Assembly: GCA_902538225.1 (NCBI GenBank)
Contig: CACBEF010000002.1
Coordinates: 96,563 to 160,562, forward strand
Direction: 5' to 3'
Source: an uncultured Prochlorococcus sp.
GTDB taxonomy: Bacteria; Cyanobacteriota; Cyanobacteriia; PCC-6307; Cyanobiaceae
DNA length: 64,000 bases
In this document: positions 21,685 through 30,694 of the stretch, piece by piece
How positions within the stretch are numbered: position 1 is the first letter of the stretch
How the letters are laid out: the number at the start of each line of letters is the position of its first letter
Program-made: the position numbers and the translations under genes
Notes under the pieces: model-generated
Databases searched by the model: none
Seen by the model: the letters and a program-made list of their open reading frames with translations, nothing else
What the model was told of the DNA's origin: nothing

Positions 21685-23475
21685 ATGTCGAATATTGATT
21701 TAAAAAGAAGAACAAAAATAGTAGCAACTATTGGCCCTGCAACTCAATCAGAAGAGATAATTACAAATTTAATTAAAGCTGGAGTAACAACATTCAGATT
21801 AAATTTCTCACATGGAGATCATAAAGATCATGCTGAGAGAATAAAAACCATAAGGGAAGTATCAAAAAAGTTAGAAATAGATATTGGAGTATTACAAGAT
21901 CTTCAAGGACCTAAAATACGATTAGGGCGCTTTAAAGATGGGCCAGTAAAAGTTAAAAAAGGCGATAAATTCACACTGACATCAAATGAAGTCGAATGTA
22001 CAAATACTATTGCAAATGTAACCTACGACAAACTTTCTCAAGAAGTTAGCGAAGGGAAAAGAATACTTTTAGATGATGGAAAAATAGAAATGATTGTAGA
22101 AAAAGTTGATAAAAGAGCTAATAATTTGGAGTGCATTGTAACTGTAGGAGGGGTTCTTTCAAACAATAAAGGTGTTAATTTTCCAGATGTTCAATTATCA
22201 GTAAAAGCATTAACAGAAAAAGATAAAGAGGATTTAAAATTCGGTTTATCTGAAGGAGTTGATTGGATAGCACTAAGTTTCGTAAGAAATCCATCCGATA
22301 TAAATGAGATAAAAGATTTAATAAACAAAAATGGGCATTCAACTCCTGTAGTTGCAAAAATAGAAAAATTTGAAGCAATTGATCAGATCGATTCAGTATT
22401 ACCCTTATGTGATGGGGTTATGGTTGCAAGGGGTGATTTAGGAGTAGAAATGCCTGCTGAAGAAGTTCCTCTTTTACAAAAGGAATTAATAAGAAAAGCT
22501 AATACATTAGGTATCCCAATAATTACAGCGACTCAAATGCTTGATTCTATGGCTTCTAACCCAAGACCAACTAGGGCCGAAGTTAGTGATGTTGCAAATG
22601 CAATTCTAGATGGTACAGATGCTGTAATGCTTTCAAACGAAACTGCAGTTGGCGATTATCCTGTAGAGGCAGTTGAAACGATGGCAACCATAGCAAGAAG
22701 AATTGAAAGGGATTATCCACTTAAGGCTATTGAAAGTCACTTACCCAGTACGATCCCAAATGCTATTAGTGCAGCAGTAAGTAATATAGCTAGACAACTT
22801 GATGCAGGAGCTATAATCCCTTTAACTAAATCAGGTTCTACCGCTCGAAATGTAAGTAAGTTCAGACCACCAACACCTATCTTGGCAACTACTACAGAGA
22901 GAAGTGTAGCGAGAAGATTGCAACTTGTTTGGGGAGTTACTCCAATAGTAGTTAAAAATGATCAAAGAACAGCAAAAACCTTTAGTTTAGCAATGCAAAT
23001 TGCTCAGGAGATGGGGATCCTAAATCAAGGAGATTTAGTAGTCCAAACCGCAGGTACATTAACTGGAATTAGCGGCTCTACAGATTTAATTAAAGTCGGT
23101 TTAGTAAGAAAGATAGTATCAAGTGGAATTTCAATAGGGGAAGTCGGTGTTACAGGTAAAGCCAGAATAATTAAAAATAATCTTGATATGTCTTTAATTT
23201 GCCCAGGAGAAATATTATTTGTTCCGAAGGAATTAATGCAAAATATTCCACTGAGTAAAAATATTGCCGGCATTGTTACGAACCAAAATGTAAATGATGT
23301 TTATGCTTTGTTCAATAAAAATAATAATAAGATTTCTACAATTTGTAATTTAGAAAATATCGATAATCATCAAATCAGTAATGGCGACCTTATTACACTC
23401 CAACTTAATGAAGGTGTTATATACATGGGACAAATTGAAGATGATGATGCAATAGATAAATATAAATATGTCTAG
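21685..23475 (+). CDS. pyk: Pyruvate kinase
   Basis: RTKIVATIGP, RLNFSHG, DLQGPKIR, MVARGDLGVE, ATQMLDSM. Confidence 0.97.
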   Translation: MSNIDLKRRTKIVATIGPATQSEEIITNLIKAGVTTFRLNFSHGDHKDHAERIKTIREVSKKLEIDIGVLQDLQGPKIRLGRFKDGPVKVKKGDKFTLTSNEVECTNTIANVTYDKLSQEVSEGKRILLDDGKIEMIVEKVDKRANNLECIVTVGGVLSNNKGVNFPDVQLSVKALTEKDKEDLKFGLSEGVDWIALSFVRNPSDINEIKDLINKNGHSTPVVAKIEKFEAIDQIDSVLPLCDGVMVARGDLGVEMPAEEVPLLQKELIRKANTLGIPIITATQMLDSMASNPRPTRAEVSDVANAILDGTDAVMLSNETAVGDYPVEAVETMATIARRIERDYPLKAIESHLPSTIPNAISAAVSNIARQLDAGAIIPLTKSGSTARNVSKFRPPTPILATTTERSVARRLQLVWGVTPIVVKNDQRTAKTFSLAMQIAQEMGILNQGDLVVQTAGTLTGISGSTDLIKVGLVRKIVSSGISIGEVGVTGKARIIKNNLDMSLICPGEILFVPKELMQNIPLSKNIAGIVTNQNVNDVYALFNKNNNKISTICNLENIDNHQISNGDLITLQLNEGVIYMGQIEDDDAIDKYKYV

Positions 23476-24700
23476 GAATATCTCAATAAAAGAAGCCTTA
23501 GGCATGGCCACAAAAACTTTAGTTTCGAACAAATTGAGAAGTTCGTTAACAATGCTTGGGATAATTATCGGAAATGCTTCAGTTATTACACTTGTTGGAC
23601 TTGGTAGAGGTGCTCAAACATTAGCAAAAAACCAATTAAGTAATTTAGGTGCCAATGTTTTATTCATTGTTCCCGGAAATAATGACACAAGAAGGAGAGG
23701 CATTTCATTTCCTAAAAACCTAGTTTTAGAAGATGCAATAGCAATAAGCAATCAAGTACCAACAGTTAAAAAAGTAGCTCCTCAAATCTCTGCTAACGAA
23801 ATAGTGCAATCAAATTCTAAAAGTTTAAATATATCAATTGCTGGAGTTACTCCTGAATTTCTTAAAGTAAGAAGCTTTGAAGTAGATAAGGGTAGATTTT
23901 TATCAAAAAGTGATGTTAACAGTGCAAGAAGTTATGTTGTAATAGGTCCTGATCTTAAAGACGAATTTTTCAAAGATAAATCTTCATCACTAGGAAAAAA
24001 AATCAGAATTAAAGACCACACTTATGAAATTATCGGAATATTAAAACCAAAAGGTGCTGTATTTGGAAGTAATCAAGACAAAAATGCATATATTCCATTA
24101 ACCACTATGGTAAATAGGATTACAGGGAAGGACCCTACTTATGGAGTAAGTTTAAGCTTCATTAGTGTTGAAGCGATAAATAAAAATGCAACTAGTGCCG
24201 CTAAATTTCAGATTACTAACTTATTAAGGCAAAGACATAAAATAATCAGAGATGATGACTTTGCGGTTAGATCACAAGAAGATGCATTGAATATAGTAAC
24301 CAACATAACAAGTGGACTAACGTTTTTATTGGCTGGTATTGGGGCAGTATCTTTAGTGGTTGGAGGCATAGGAATCATGAATATTATGCTCGTTTCTGTA
24401 AGCGAAAGGACTGAAGAGATTGGACTTAGAAAAGCAATAGGAGCTAAACAGTCAGATATATTAGTTCAATTTTTAATTGAGGCATTGATTTTATCAACAA
24501 TTGGAGGATTAATTGGAACAACGACTGGATTATCAGGTGTTTTTCTTTTATCTCTGATAACACCTCTTCCTGCATCAGTAGGAATTACAACTACTTTTTC
24601 CACCATGATCATTTCAGGATCAATAGGTTTAATCTTTGGCGTTTTACCTGCAAAAAGAGCTTCTAAGTTAGATCCAATTGTTGCATTGAGAAGTTTATAA
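23468..24700 (+). CDS. ABC transporter permease (MacB/FtsX family)
   Basis: RSSLTMLGIIIG, GGIGIMNIMLVSVSERTEEIGLRKAIGA, LDPIVALR. Confidence 0.92.
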   Translation: MSRNISIKEALGMATKTLVSNKLRSSLTMLGIIIGNASVITLVGLGRGAQTLAKNQLSNLGANVLFIVPGNNDTRRRGISFPKNLVLEDAIAISNQVPTVKKVAPQISANEIVQSNSKSLNISIAGVTPEFLKVRSFEVDKGRFLSKSDVNSARSYVVIGPDLKDEFFKDKSSSLGKKIRIKDHTYEIIGILKPKGAVFGSNQDKNAYIPLTTMVNRITGKDPTYGVSLSFISVEAINKNATSAAKFQITNLLRQRHKIIRDDDFAVRSQEDALNIVTNITSGLTFLLAGIGAVSLVVGGIGIMNIMLVSVSERTEEIGLRKAIGAKQSDILVQFLIEALILSTIGGLIGTTTGLSGVFLLSLITPLPASVGITTTFSTMIISGSIGLIFGVLPAKRASKLDPIVALRSL

Positions 24701-24715
24701 ATTAAATTTATAATA

Positions 24716-25285
24716 ATGCTCAATTTTTATAAATTAATTGAGATACTGGTGAGTCTTCAATCACTAGTAATAACGTCAATGTTACCTGTTTATATTCCAC
24801 TACCTTTTATATATAAATCTAGTAATAACTTTGAGTTACCTATCACATGGCAAATTCCTACCATAATTTTATTAACGCTTATATTTCATAAAAAAGTTGT
24901 TTTCAGAGCATTTTCTATATATATAATTTTGGGGGTATTTATATTTCCTGTCTTTCATCAAGGAGGTTCAATAGGTTATTTGCTCACTCCAAATTTTGGT
25001 TATTTATTAGGTTTATATCCATTAATAAAAATAATTGATAATTTAAATAATAGAAATAAACTAAACATTGGAAACTTTTTAAAAAATGGATTTTTAGCAA
25101 TAGGTGCTATGCATTTAACTGGAATATTTTACAACTTCATACAAATTCTATTCTACAGTCAATTTAATTTATTTTTATATAATTTAGGGAAATACTCATT
25201 AGGTAAGATTGGATATCATTTTTTAATGCTTTTTCCACTTTTATTACTTATTAAACCTATAGAACGTTTAAAACGTAGTAAATAA
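24716..25285 (+). CDS. bioY: Biotin transporter BioY
   Basis: PITWQ, PVFHQGG, PNFGYLLG; hydrophobic. Confidence 0.75.
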   Translation: MLNFYKLIEILVSLQSLVITSMLPVYIPLPFIYKSSNNFELPITWQIPTIILLTLIFHKKVVFRAFSIYIILGVFIFPVFHQGGSIGYLLTPNFGYLLGLYPLIKIIDNLNNRNKLNIGNFLKNGFLAIGAMHLTGIFYNFIQILFYSQFNLFLYNLGKYSLGKIGYHFLMLFPLLLLIKPIERLKRSK

Positions 25286-25743
25286 TGATTAATAAAATAC
25301 AAACAAAAATATATTTTTTATCTCTAAGTATTTTTATTGTTCTAATAGATCAATTAACGAAATATTTAATGTTTTATAATAAAAAATTATTTATTAATAA
25401 AGATTTTCTTTTATTCAAATTAGACTTTGTAAAAAATTACGGGGCAGCCTTTAACATATTTAGTGGTAGTAGAATATTTTTATCTTTAATAAGTATTTTA
25501 TTTTCAATATTACTTATTTATTTAATATTTAGGAAAAATAATTTAAACTCATTCGATCTATATTCTTATAGCTTTATACTTGGGGGAACTATTGGTAATG
25601 GTATAGATAGGATATATAAGGGTTTTGTGGTTGATTTTATAAATTTAAATATTATAAATTTTCCAGTATTTAATATTGCTGATATATCTATTAATATTGG
25701 GTTCATTTTTTTACTGTATAACATTTTTAAAAATAATCGATAA
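25285..25743 (+). CDS. lspA: Lipoprotein signal peptidase
   Basis: DQLTK, NYGAAF, GNGIDR, VVDFI, FNIAD. Confidence 0.95.
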   Translation: MINKIQTKIYFLSLSIFIVLIDQLTKYLMFYNKKLFINKDFLLFKLDFVKNYGAAFNIFSGSRIFLSLISILFSILLIYLIFRKNNLNSFDLYSYSFILGGTIGNGIDRIYKGFVVDFINLNIINFPVFNIADISINIGFIFLLYNIFKNNR

Positions 25744-25744
25744 A

Positions 25745-27244
25745 ATGAACTTCTTGAAATTAAAGTATATAAAATATATATTATTAATATTATTTCTATA
25801 TATTTTATTTTCGATTTTTATAAGAATAGTAAATATTTATACCCTTATATTTTTAATAGTAATTATTTATAGCTTTTATAATATTGATAAAAAATTATTT
25901 AAAAAAATAGTTTATAAAGTTATATATAAAAATAAAAAAAATACACTTTCATTCAAAAATACATATGGTGCTGCCAAGATAAGTTTGGAAGGGGTTGAGA
26001 AAATTAATAAAAAAATTAACGATAAAGTAAAAGTTGAACTTTTAAATTACCAAAAAAACAAACTAGAGTCCCAATTAAAAACAGGAGATTATAAAGTTAC
26101 TCTTTTTGGAGCAGGTTCCTCAGGAAAAACATCTATAGCAAGATCTTTATTAAAAAATATTGTCGGACAAACATCCGCAAAAATAGGTACAACAAAGGAA
26201 ATTAATAACTATAAAATTCGCATCCCAATTTTAAAAAGAAACATTAATATATTCGATACTCCTGGCTTATTCGAACCATCTAAATTAGGAGAAGAAAGAG
26301 AAAAAGCAACAATTATACAAGCATCAAATTCCGACTTAGTTCTCTTTGTGTTAGATCAGGACATAAATAGATACGAAAACTATTTAATTAAAGAATTATT
26401 AAAGTTAAGAAAAAAATTAATAATAGTTCTAAATAAATGTGATTTGAGATCTAAAGATGAAAATAACCTCATCAAAGAAAATATAATTTCTATAACTTCC
26501 GCTAGAAAAAATAAAATTTCTGTTGTTCAAACAATTGCTGTACCTCAACAATCTCCCTATATAAAATCAGATGCTTTAAATTTATTTCCAGAGGTAGGAA
26601 GTTTATTTAGAGAAATAATTGAAACGCTCGATAATAATGGTGAAGAATTATTGGCGGATAATATTCTTTTTCGGTCAAATAAGTTAGGTATTAAAAGTAA
26701 AAATTTCGTGCAAGAACAAAGATATTTAATGTCAAATAAAGTCATTAATAAATATATGTGGATAACAGGAGGGGTAATTCTAGTTAATCCATTACCAGCT
26801 GTTGATTTCCTTACTACTACCTCCGTAAACCTTCAAATGATAATGGAATTATCAAAAATATATGAAATAAAGCTTACAAAAAAAGATGCAAAAGATTTAG
26901 CAACTTCATTGCTAAGCGCATTGGCTAAACAAGGAATACTAAAAGGGGGTCTCGCCATTCTTTCTCCTGCTTTAGCTACAAGCTTGACTAAAATTATATT
27001 ATCTAAATCTATACAATCAGTTACAGCAGGCTGGTTAATAAGAATAGTAGGACTAAGCTTGATTGAATATTTTAAAAATGGGCAAGATTGGGGAGATGGA
27101 GGAATCCAAGAAGTAGTAGATAAGATCTATAGAATAAGTAAGAGAGAGGACATTTTAAACAACTTCGTAAGAGAAGCTATTTCAAAAATTGAAATGAAAA
27201 AGTATTTTAAATCAAATAAAAGTTTGCCTCCATTTATTATGTAA
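25745..27244 (+). CDS. Membrane-anchored GTPase with DUF697/YcjF-like C-terminus
   Basis: N-terminal TM helices; G1 GAGSSGKTS, G3 DTPG, G4 NKCD; NPLPAVD. Confidence 0.8.
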   Translation: MNFLKLKYIKYILLILFLYILFSIFIRIVNIYTLIFLIVIIYSFYNIDKKLFKKIVYKVIYKNKKNTLSFKNTYGAAKISLEGVEKINKKINDKVKVELLNYQKNKLESQLKTGDYKVTLFGAGSSGKTSIARSLLKNIVGQTSAKIGTTKEINNYKIRIPILKRNINIFDTPGLFEPSKLGEEREKATIIQASNSDLVLFVLDQDINRYENYLIKELLKLRKKLIIVLNKCDLRSKDENNLIKENIISITSARKNKISVVQTIAVPQQSPYIKSDALNLFPEVGSLFREIIETLDNNGEELLADNILFRSNKLGIKSKNFVQEQRYLMSNKVINKYMWITGGVILVNPLPAVDFLTTTSVNLQMIMELSKIYEIKLTKKDAKDLATSLLSALAKQGILKGGLAILSPALATSLTKIILSKSIQSVTAGWLIRIVGLSLIEYFKNGQDWGDGGIQEVVDKIYRISKREDILNNFVREAISKIEMKKYFKSNKSLPPFIM

Positions 27245-27374
27245 AATTGGATAATTGATCATTTAGATAAGTTCTGAAATCAAAGATAGTTATTAAGAGT
27301 AAATAAGCAATACAAATAGCTATAGATATAAACCCTGTTACTATTGCAATAATTTTTGGTCTACCCATATTCAT
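27237..27374 (-). CDS. Small membrane protein, 45 aa (not in ORF track)
   Basis: Manual translation MNMGRPKIIAIVTGFISIAICIAYLLLITIFDFRTYLNDQLSNFT; starts 3 nt after the decarboxylase stop. Confidence 0.7.
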   Translation of the reverse strand: MNMGRPKIIAIVTGFISIAICIAYLLLITIFDFRTYLNDQLSNFT

Positions 27375-27377
27375 AAG

Positions 27378-28763
27378 TTAGGCATCTAAAAGTCTCAAAA
27401 GTTCTTCAATATGAGATTCCTTTGTATTGTAATTTCCCATGACAACCCTTAAAAAATATCTACCTTTAAATTTTGGTCTAGAAAGCATAAAATTATTGTT
27501 AATAAGTTCATTAACTTTAGTTTGAGTCCATGTATCAGAGTCTTCTGGGTCAAGTTTCTTTGGTATAAATGAAACAATATGAAGAGGACCTGAATATATA
27601 TCAAATTTATTCTTACTAATATTTTTTATAAAAAAATCTTTTCTTTTAATTGATGATTTTAATATATTTTCAATTCCATTCAGACCTAAAAAACGTAACC
27701 CAAGCCATAGTTTGATAACCTCTGCAGGTCTAGAACCTTGTATGCCAATTTCTCCTCTATTTATAATATTTTCTTTAGATGATATATATGGCAGTCCAGT
27801 ATTAAAAGTATTTTCTAAAGTACTCATATTTGAAACCAATAACAAAGATGAAGTCTTTGTAATGCCAATGATTTTTTGCGGATTTATCGTTATCGAATTA
27901 GCCTGATTAATATTATTTAAACCTTTTATTGGAATAGAGATTACAGCAAAAATGCCTCCAATAGAGCCATCGATATGTAGCCATATATTCCTTTCTTTGC
28001 ATATTTCACTTATTTCTTTAACAGGATCAATGGCTCCCCTTACAGTTGTACCAAGGGTGGCAACAATAGCAAATATTTTTTTATTTTCTATTGTACATTT
28101 ATCTAATGACTTTCTGAGATCGTTTATGTCCATTCTACCTTGATTATCAGTTTTAATCCTGACAAGATTGGTAGTATCAAGACCCATTACTCTTATACAT
28201 TTAACGAAGGAAGAATGAGCATCTTCACTAACAAGTAATACAGAATTAGGATTTGTAGCTAATCCAGCATTATTTCTAGCAGCTATAAGGGCATTAAGAT
28301 TACTTAATGTACCTCCGCTAGCAGCTATACCTCCTGAGAGATCATTAAACCCTATTTTCTTGGCAAACCATTTGCATAATGATTCCTCAAGCAGAGTTAC
28401 ACTTGGTGATAACTCGTAAGCGAGGAGATTATTATTTAAACCAGCAGCAATTAAATCTCCCAAAATAGAGAAAATTAAAGGTGGGGGATCAAGGTGAGCT
28501 AGTGAACCAGGATGAACGGGATTAAATGAATTATTCAAAAGAGATTCAATCTCAGAAAACAAATCTTCTTCAGAGTTACCATCTTCCGCAGGCATAATGC
28601 ACTTGAAATTATCATCAAAAGGTAAAGGACCATTTTTATCAGCTTTAGAGAACCAGTCACAAAGAGTTTGACTTGCTCTATTCAGAAGAGTAATCAATTT
28701 GTCATTAGTCCCTAAATATGAGGGGAAATATATATCTTTATAATTAATTAAATCTTCAGCCAT
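27378..28763 (-). CDS. Group II PLP-dependent amino-acid decarboxylase
   Basis: SGGTLSN, AHSS, ATLGTTVRGAIDP, WLHIDG, NPQK (PLP lysine). Confidence 0.85.
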   Translation of the reverse strand: MAEDLINYKDIYFPSYLGTNDKLITLLNRASQTLCDWFSKADKNGPLPFDDNFKCIMPAEDGNSEEDLFSEIESLLNNSFNPVHPGSLAHLDPPPLIFSILGDLIAAGLNNNLLAYELSPSVTLLEESLCKWFAKKIGFNDLSGGIAASGGTLSNLNALIAARNNAGLATNPNSVLLVSEDAHSSFVKCIRVMGLDTTNLVRIKTDNQGRMDINDLRKSLDKCTIENKKIFAIVATLGTTVRGAIDPVKEISEICKERNIWLHIDGSIGGIFAVISIPIKGLNNINQANSITINPQKIIGITKTSSLLLVSNMSTLENTFNTGLPYISSKENIINRGEIGIQGSRPAEVIKLWLGLRFLGLNGIENILKSSIKRKDFFIKNISKNKFDIYSGPLHIVSFIPKKLDPEDSDTWTQTKVNELINNNFMLSRPKFKGRYFLRVVMGNYNTKESHIEELLRLLDA

Positions 28764-28806
28764 CAGATAAGATATCTATTAATAATTCTATTCTCAATAT
28801 AGGTAA

Positions 28807-29322
28807 ATGAGATATATTTTTGAAAATGGAAATAGTAATAAAGATCAACAAAAAAATACAACTAATTCAAATTACTCTTTGTGGATGAATTCGATATTGA
28901 GAAGATCAAAAGAAATTGGAAAAGTTGAGCTACCAATCTGTTCAATAATTTTAGATGAGAGAGGAAGATGTATCGGGAGAGGAGTTAACAGGAGGAATAT
29001 AAATAAAGACCCATTAGGTCATGCTGAGATAATTGCACTTAGGCAGGCATCTCTAATAAAAAATGATTGGAGATTTAATGAATGTACTATTATCACAAAT
29101 CTAGAACCTTGTACTATGTGTTCCTCTGCTCTTATTCAAGCGCGGATGGGTAAAGTTATTTTCGGGGCTTACGATAAGAAAAGAGGTGGATTGGGAGGTT
29201 CGATCGACCTATCAAAACATGAAAGTGCTCATCACAAAATGGAAATTGTAGGAGGTATTTTAGAAGAGGAATGCAGTCAAATTTTACAGCTATGGTTTAA
29301 AAAGTTGAGGACTCAAAAATAG
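28807..29322 (+). CDS. tadA: tRNA adenosine deaminase / nucleoside deaminase
   Basis: HAE and LEPCTMC zinc motifs, FGAYD. Confidence 0.82.
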   Translation: MRYIFENGNSNKDQQKNTTNSNYSLWMNSILRRSKEIGKVELPICSIILDERGRCIGRGVNRRNINKDPLGHAEIIALRQASLIKNDWRFNECTIITNLEPCTMCSSALIQARMGKVIFGAYDKKRGGLGGSIDLSKHESAHHKMEIVGGILEEECSQILQLWFKKLRTQK

Positions 29323-30481
29323 AATATTTTTTTAACTCAGTATCAAATAGATTTAATAATCTATCAACATTTTCCTCACTTGAGTTAAAGCCCATTAATC
29401 CTATACGCCATACCTTACCAGACAATTCTCCAAGTCCATTTCCTATTTCTATTCCAAAGTTTCTTAAAAGATGATTTCTAAAACCATCTCCATCAACGGC
29501 TGGAGGTATTTTAACTGTGGTTAAAGTTGGCAATCTATAATCCTCTGATACATGTAATTCCATTCCAAGACTTTCTAAACCATTCCACAGTTTCTTTGCA
29601 TTAGTATTATGCCGATTCCAAACATTTTCTAAACCCTCATTCGCAATTAATCGTAAACCTTCACGAATAGCAAAATTCATATTTACAGGGGCAGTATGAT
29701 GGTAAACACGATCAGAACCCCAATATTTATTTAATAGAGATAAATCTAAATACCAGTTAGGTACTTTTGTTTTTCTTGAACTTAGTTTTTCTTCAGCTCT
29801 TTTATTCATTGTAAAAGGGCTTAATCCTGGAGGACAACTTAATCCCTTTTGACTACAACTGTATGCTAGATCAATTTTCCATTCGTCAATCAATAGTTCA
29901 AGAGCTCCAAGAGAAGTAACTGCATCGACTAAAAACAAGCAATTATTTTTTCTACATACATCCCCAATACCATTAAGAGGTTGTAAAACACCACTTGATG
30001 TTTCAGCATGGACAATAGCAAAAATTGCTGGTTTTTTAGTTTCTATTTCATACTTAATTTCTTCATAAGAAAAGGATTCACCCCAAGGTTTTTCAATAAC
30101 AGATACATCTGATTTATATCTTGTTGCCATATCAACAAGTCTGTCTCCAAAATATCCTTTTTTAGCGATAAGAATTTTTTCTCCTTCCTCTATAAAATTA
30201 GCTATTGATGCTTCCATAGCTGCACTTCCAGTACCACTCATTGGAAGAGTCAGACGATTATTACATTGCCAGGTATATCTTAGAAGTTGTTGAACATCAG
30301 ACATCAATGAAATATATGCTTCATCTAAGTGACCAATAGGATTCAAAGAAAGAGCGCTTAAGACTTCTGGATGTGCGTTTGAAGGGCCAGGACCTAATAA
30401 AAGTCTAGAGGGAACATAAGTCTTTGAGAAATGAGATAAATTCTCTTCATTTAAAGCCGAAATAAGTTTTGCTTCTGTCAA
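29297..30481 (-). CDS. spt: Serine-pyruvate / alanine-glyoxylate aminotransferase (class V)
   Basis: LLLGPGP, HAETSSG, DAVTS, SQKGL, YHHTAP, WRIGLMG. Confidence 0.9.
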   Translation of the reverse strand: MTEAKLISALNEENLSHFSKTYVPSRLLLGPGPSNAHPEVLSALSLNPIGHLDEAYISLMSDVQQLLRYTWQCNNRLTLPMSGTGSAAMEASIANFIEEGEKILIAKKGYFGDRLVDMATRYKSDVSVIEKPWGESFSYEEIKYEIETKKPAIFAIVHAETSSGVLQPLNGIGDVCRKNNCLFLVDAVTSLGALELLIDEWKIDLAYSCSQKGLSCPPGLSPFTMNKRAEEKLSSRKTKVPNWYLDLSLLNKYWGSDRVYHHTAPVNMNFAIREGLRLIANEGLENVWNRHNTNAKKLWNGLESLGMELHVSEDYRLPTLTTVKIPPAVDGDGFRNHLLRNFGIEIGNGLGELSGKVWRIGLMGFNSSEENVDRLLNLFDTELKKYSIFESSTF

Positions 30482-30631
30482 AGCATTACATTCAATTACT
30501 TTTAAATTAAACTAATATCGCCACATAAGCGATAATTATTTAAAGAAATTAATTCAATTTAAATATTTAGGTAAACAATTATTAAACTTATAACTTGAAA
30601 CACTAAAAGAAGACATCAAGTCTTAAAAAAA

Positions 30632-30673
30632 GTTACCGTTGATACATAACAAGAATCATCAAGTTATTAATTT
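30632..30673 (+). promoter_or_regulatory. NtcA-activated (class II) promoter of glnA
   Basis: GTT-N8-TAC (30632-30645, one mismatch to GTA-N8-TAC), then exactly 22 nt, then TAATTT (TAN3T) at 30668-30673. Confidence 0.75.
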
Positions 30674-30694
30674 CATATAAGGTATTACAAAATT

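Noticed and set aside
30600-30631. Class II NtcA -10 element for spt on the minus strand
   Set aside because: The nearest TAN3T (TAGTGT) is 26 nt from the site rather than about 22.
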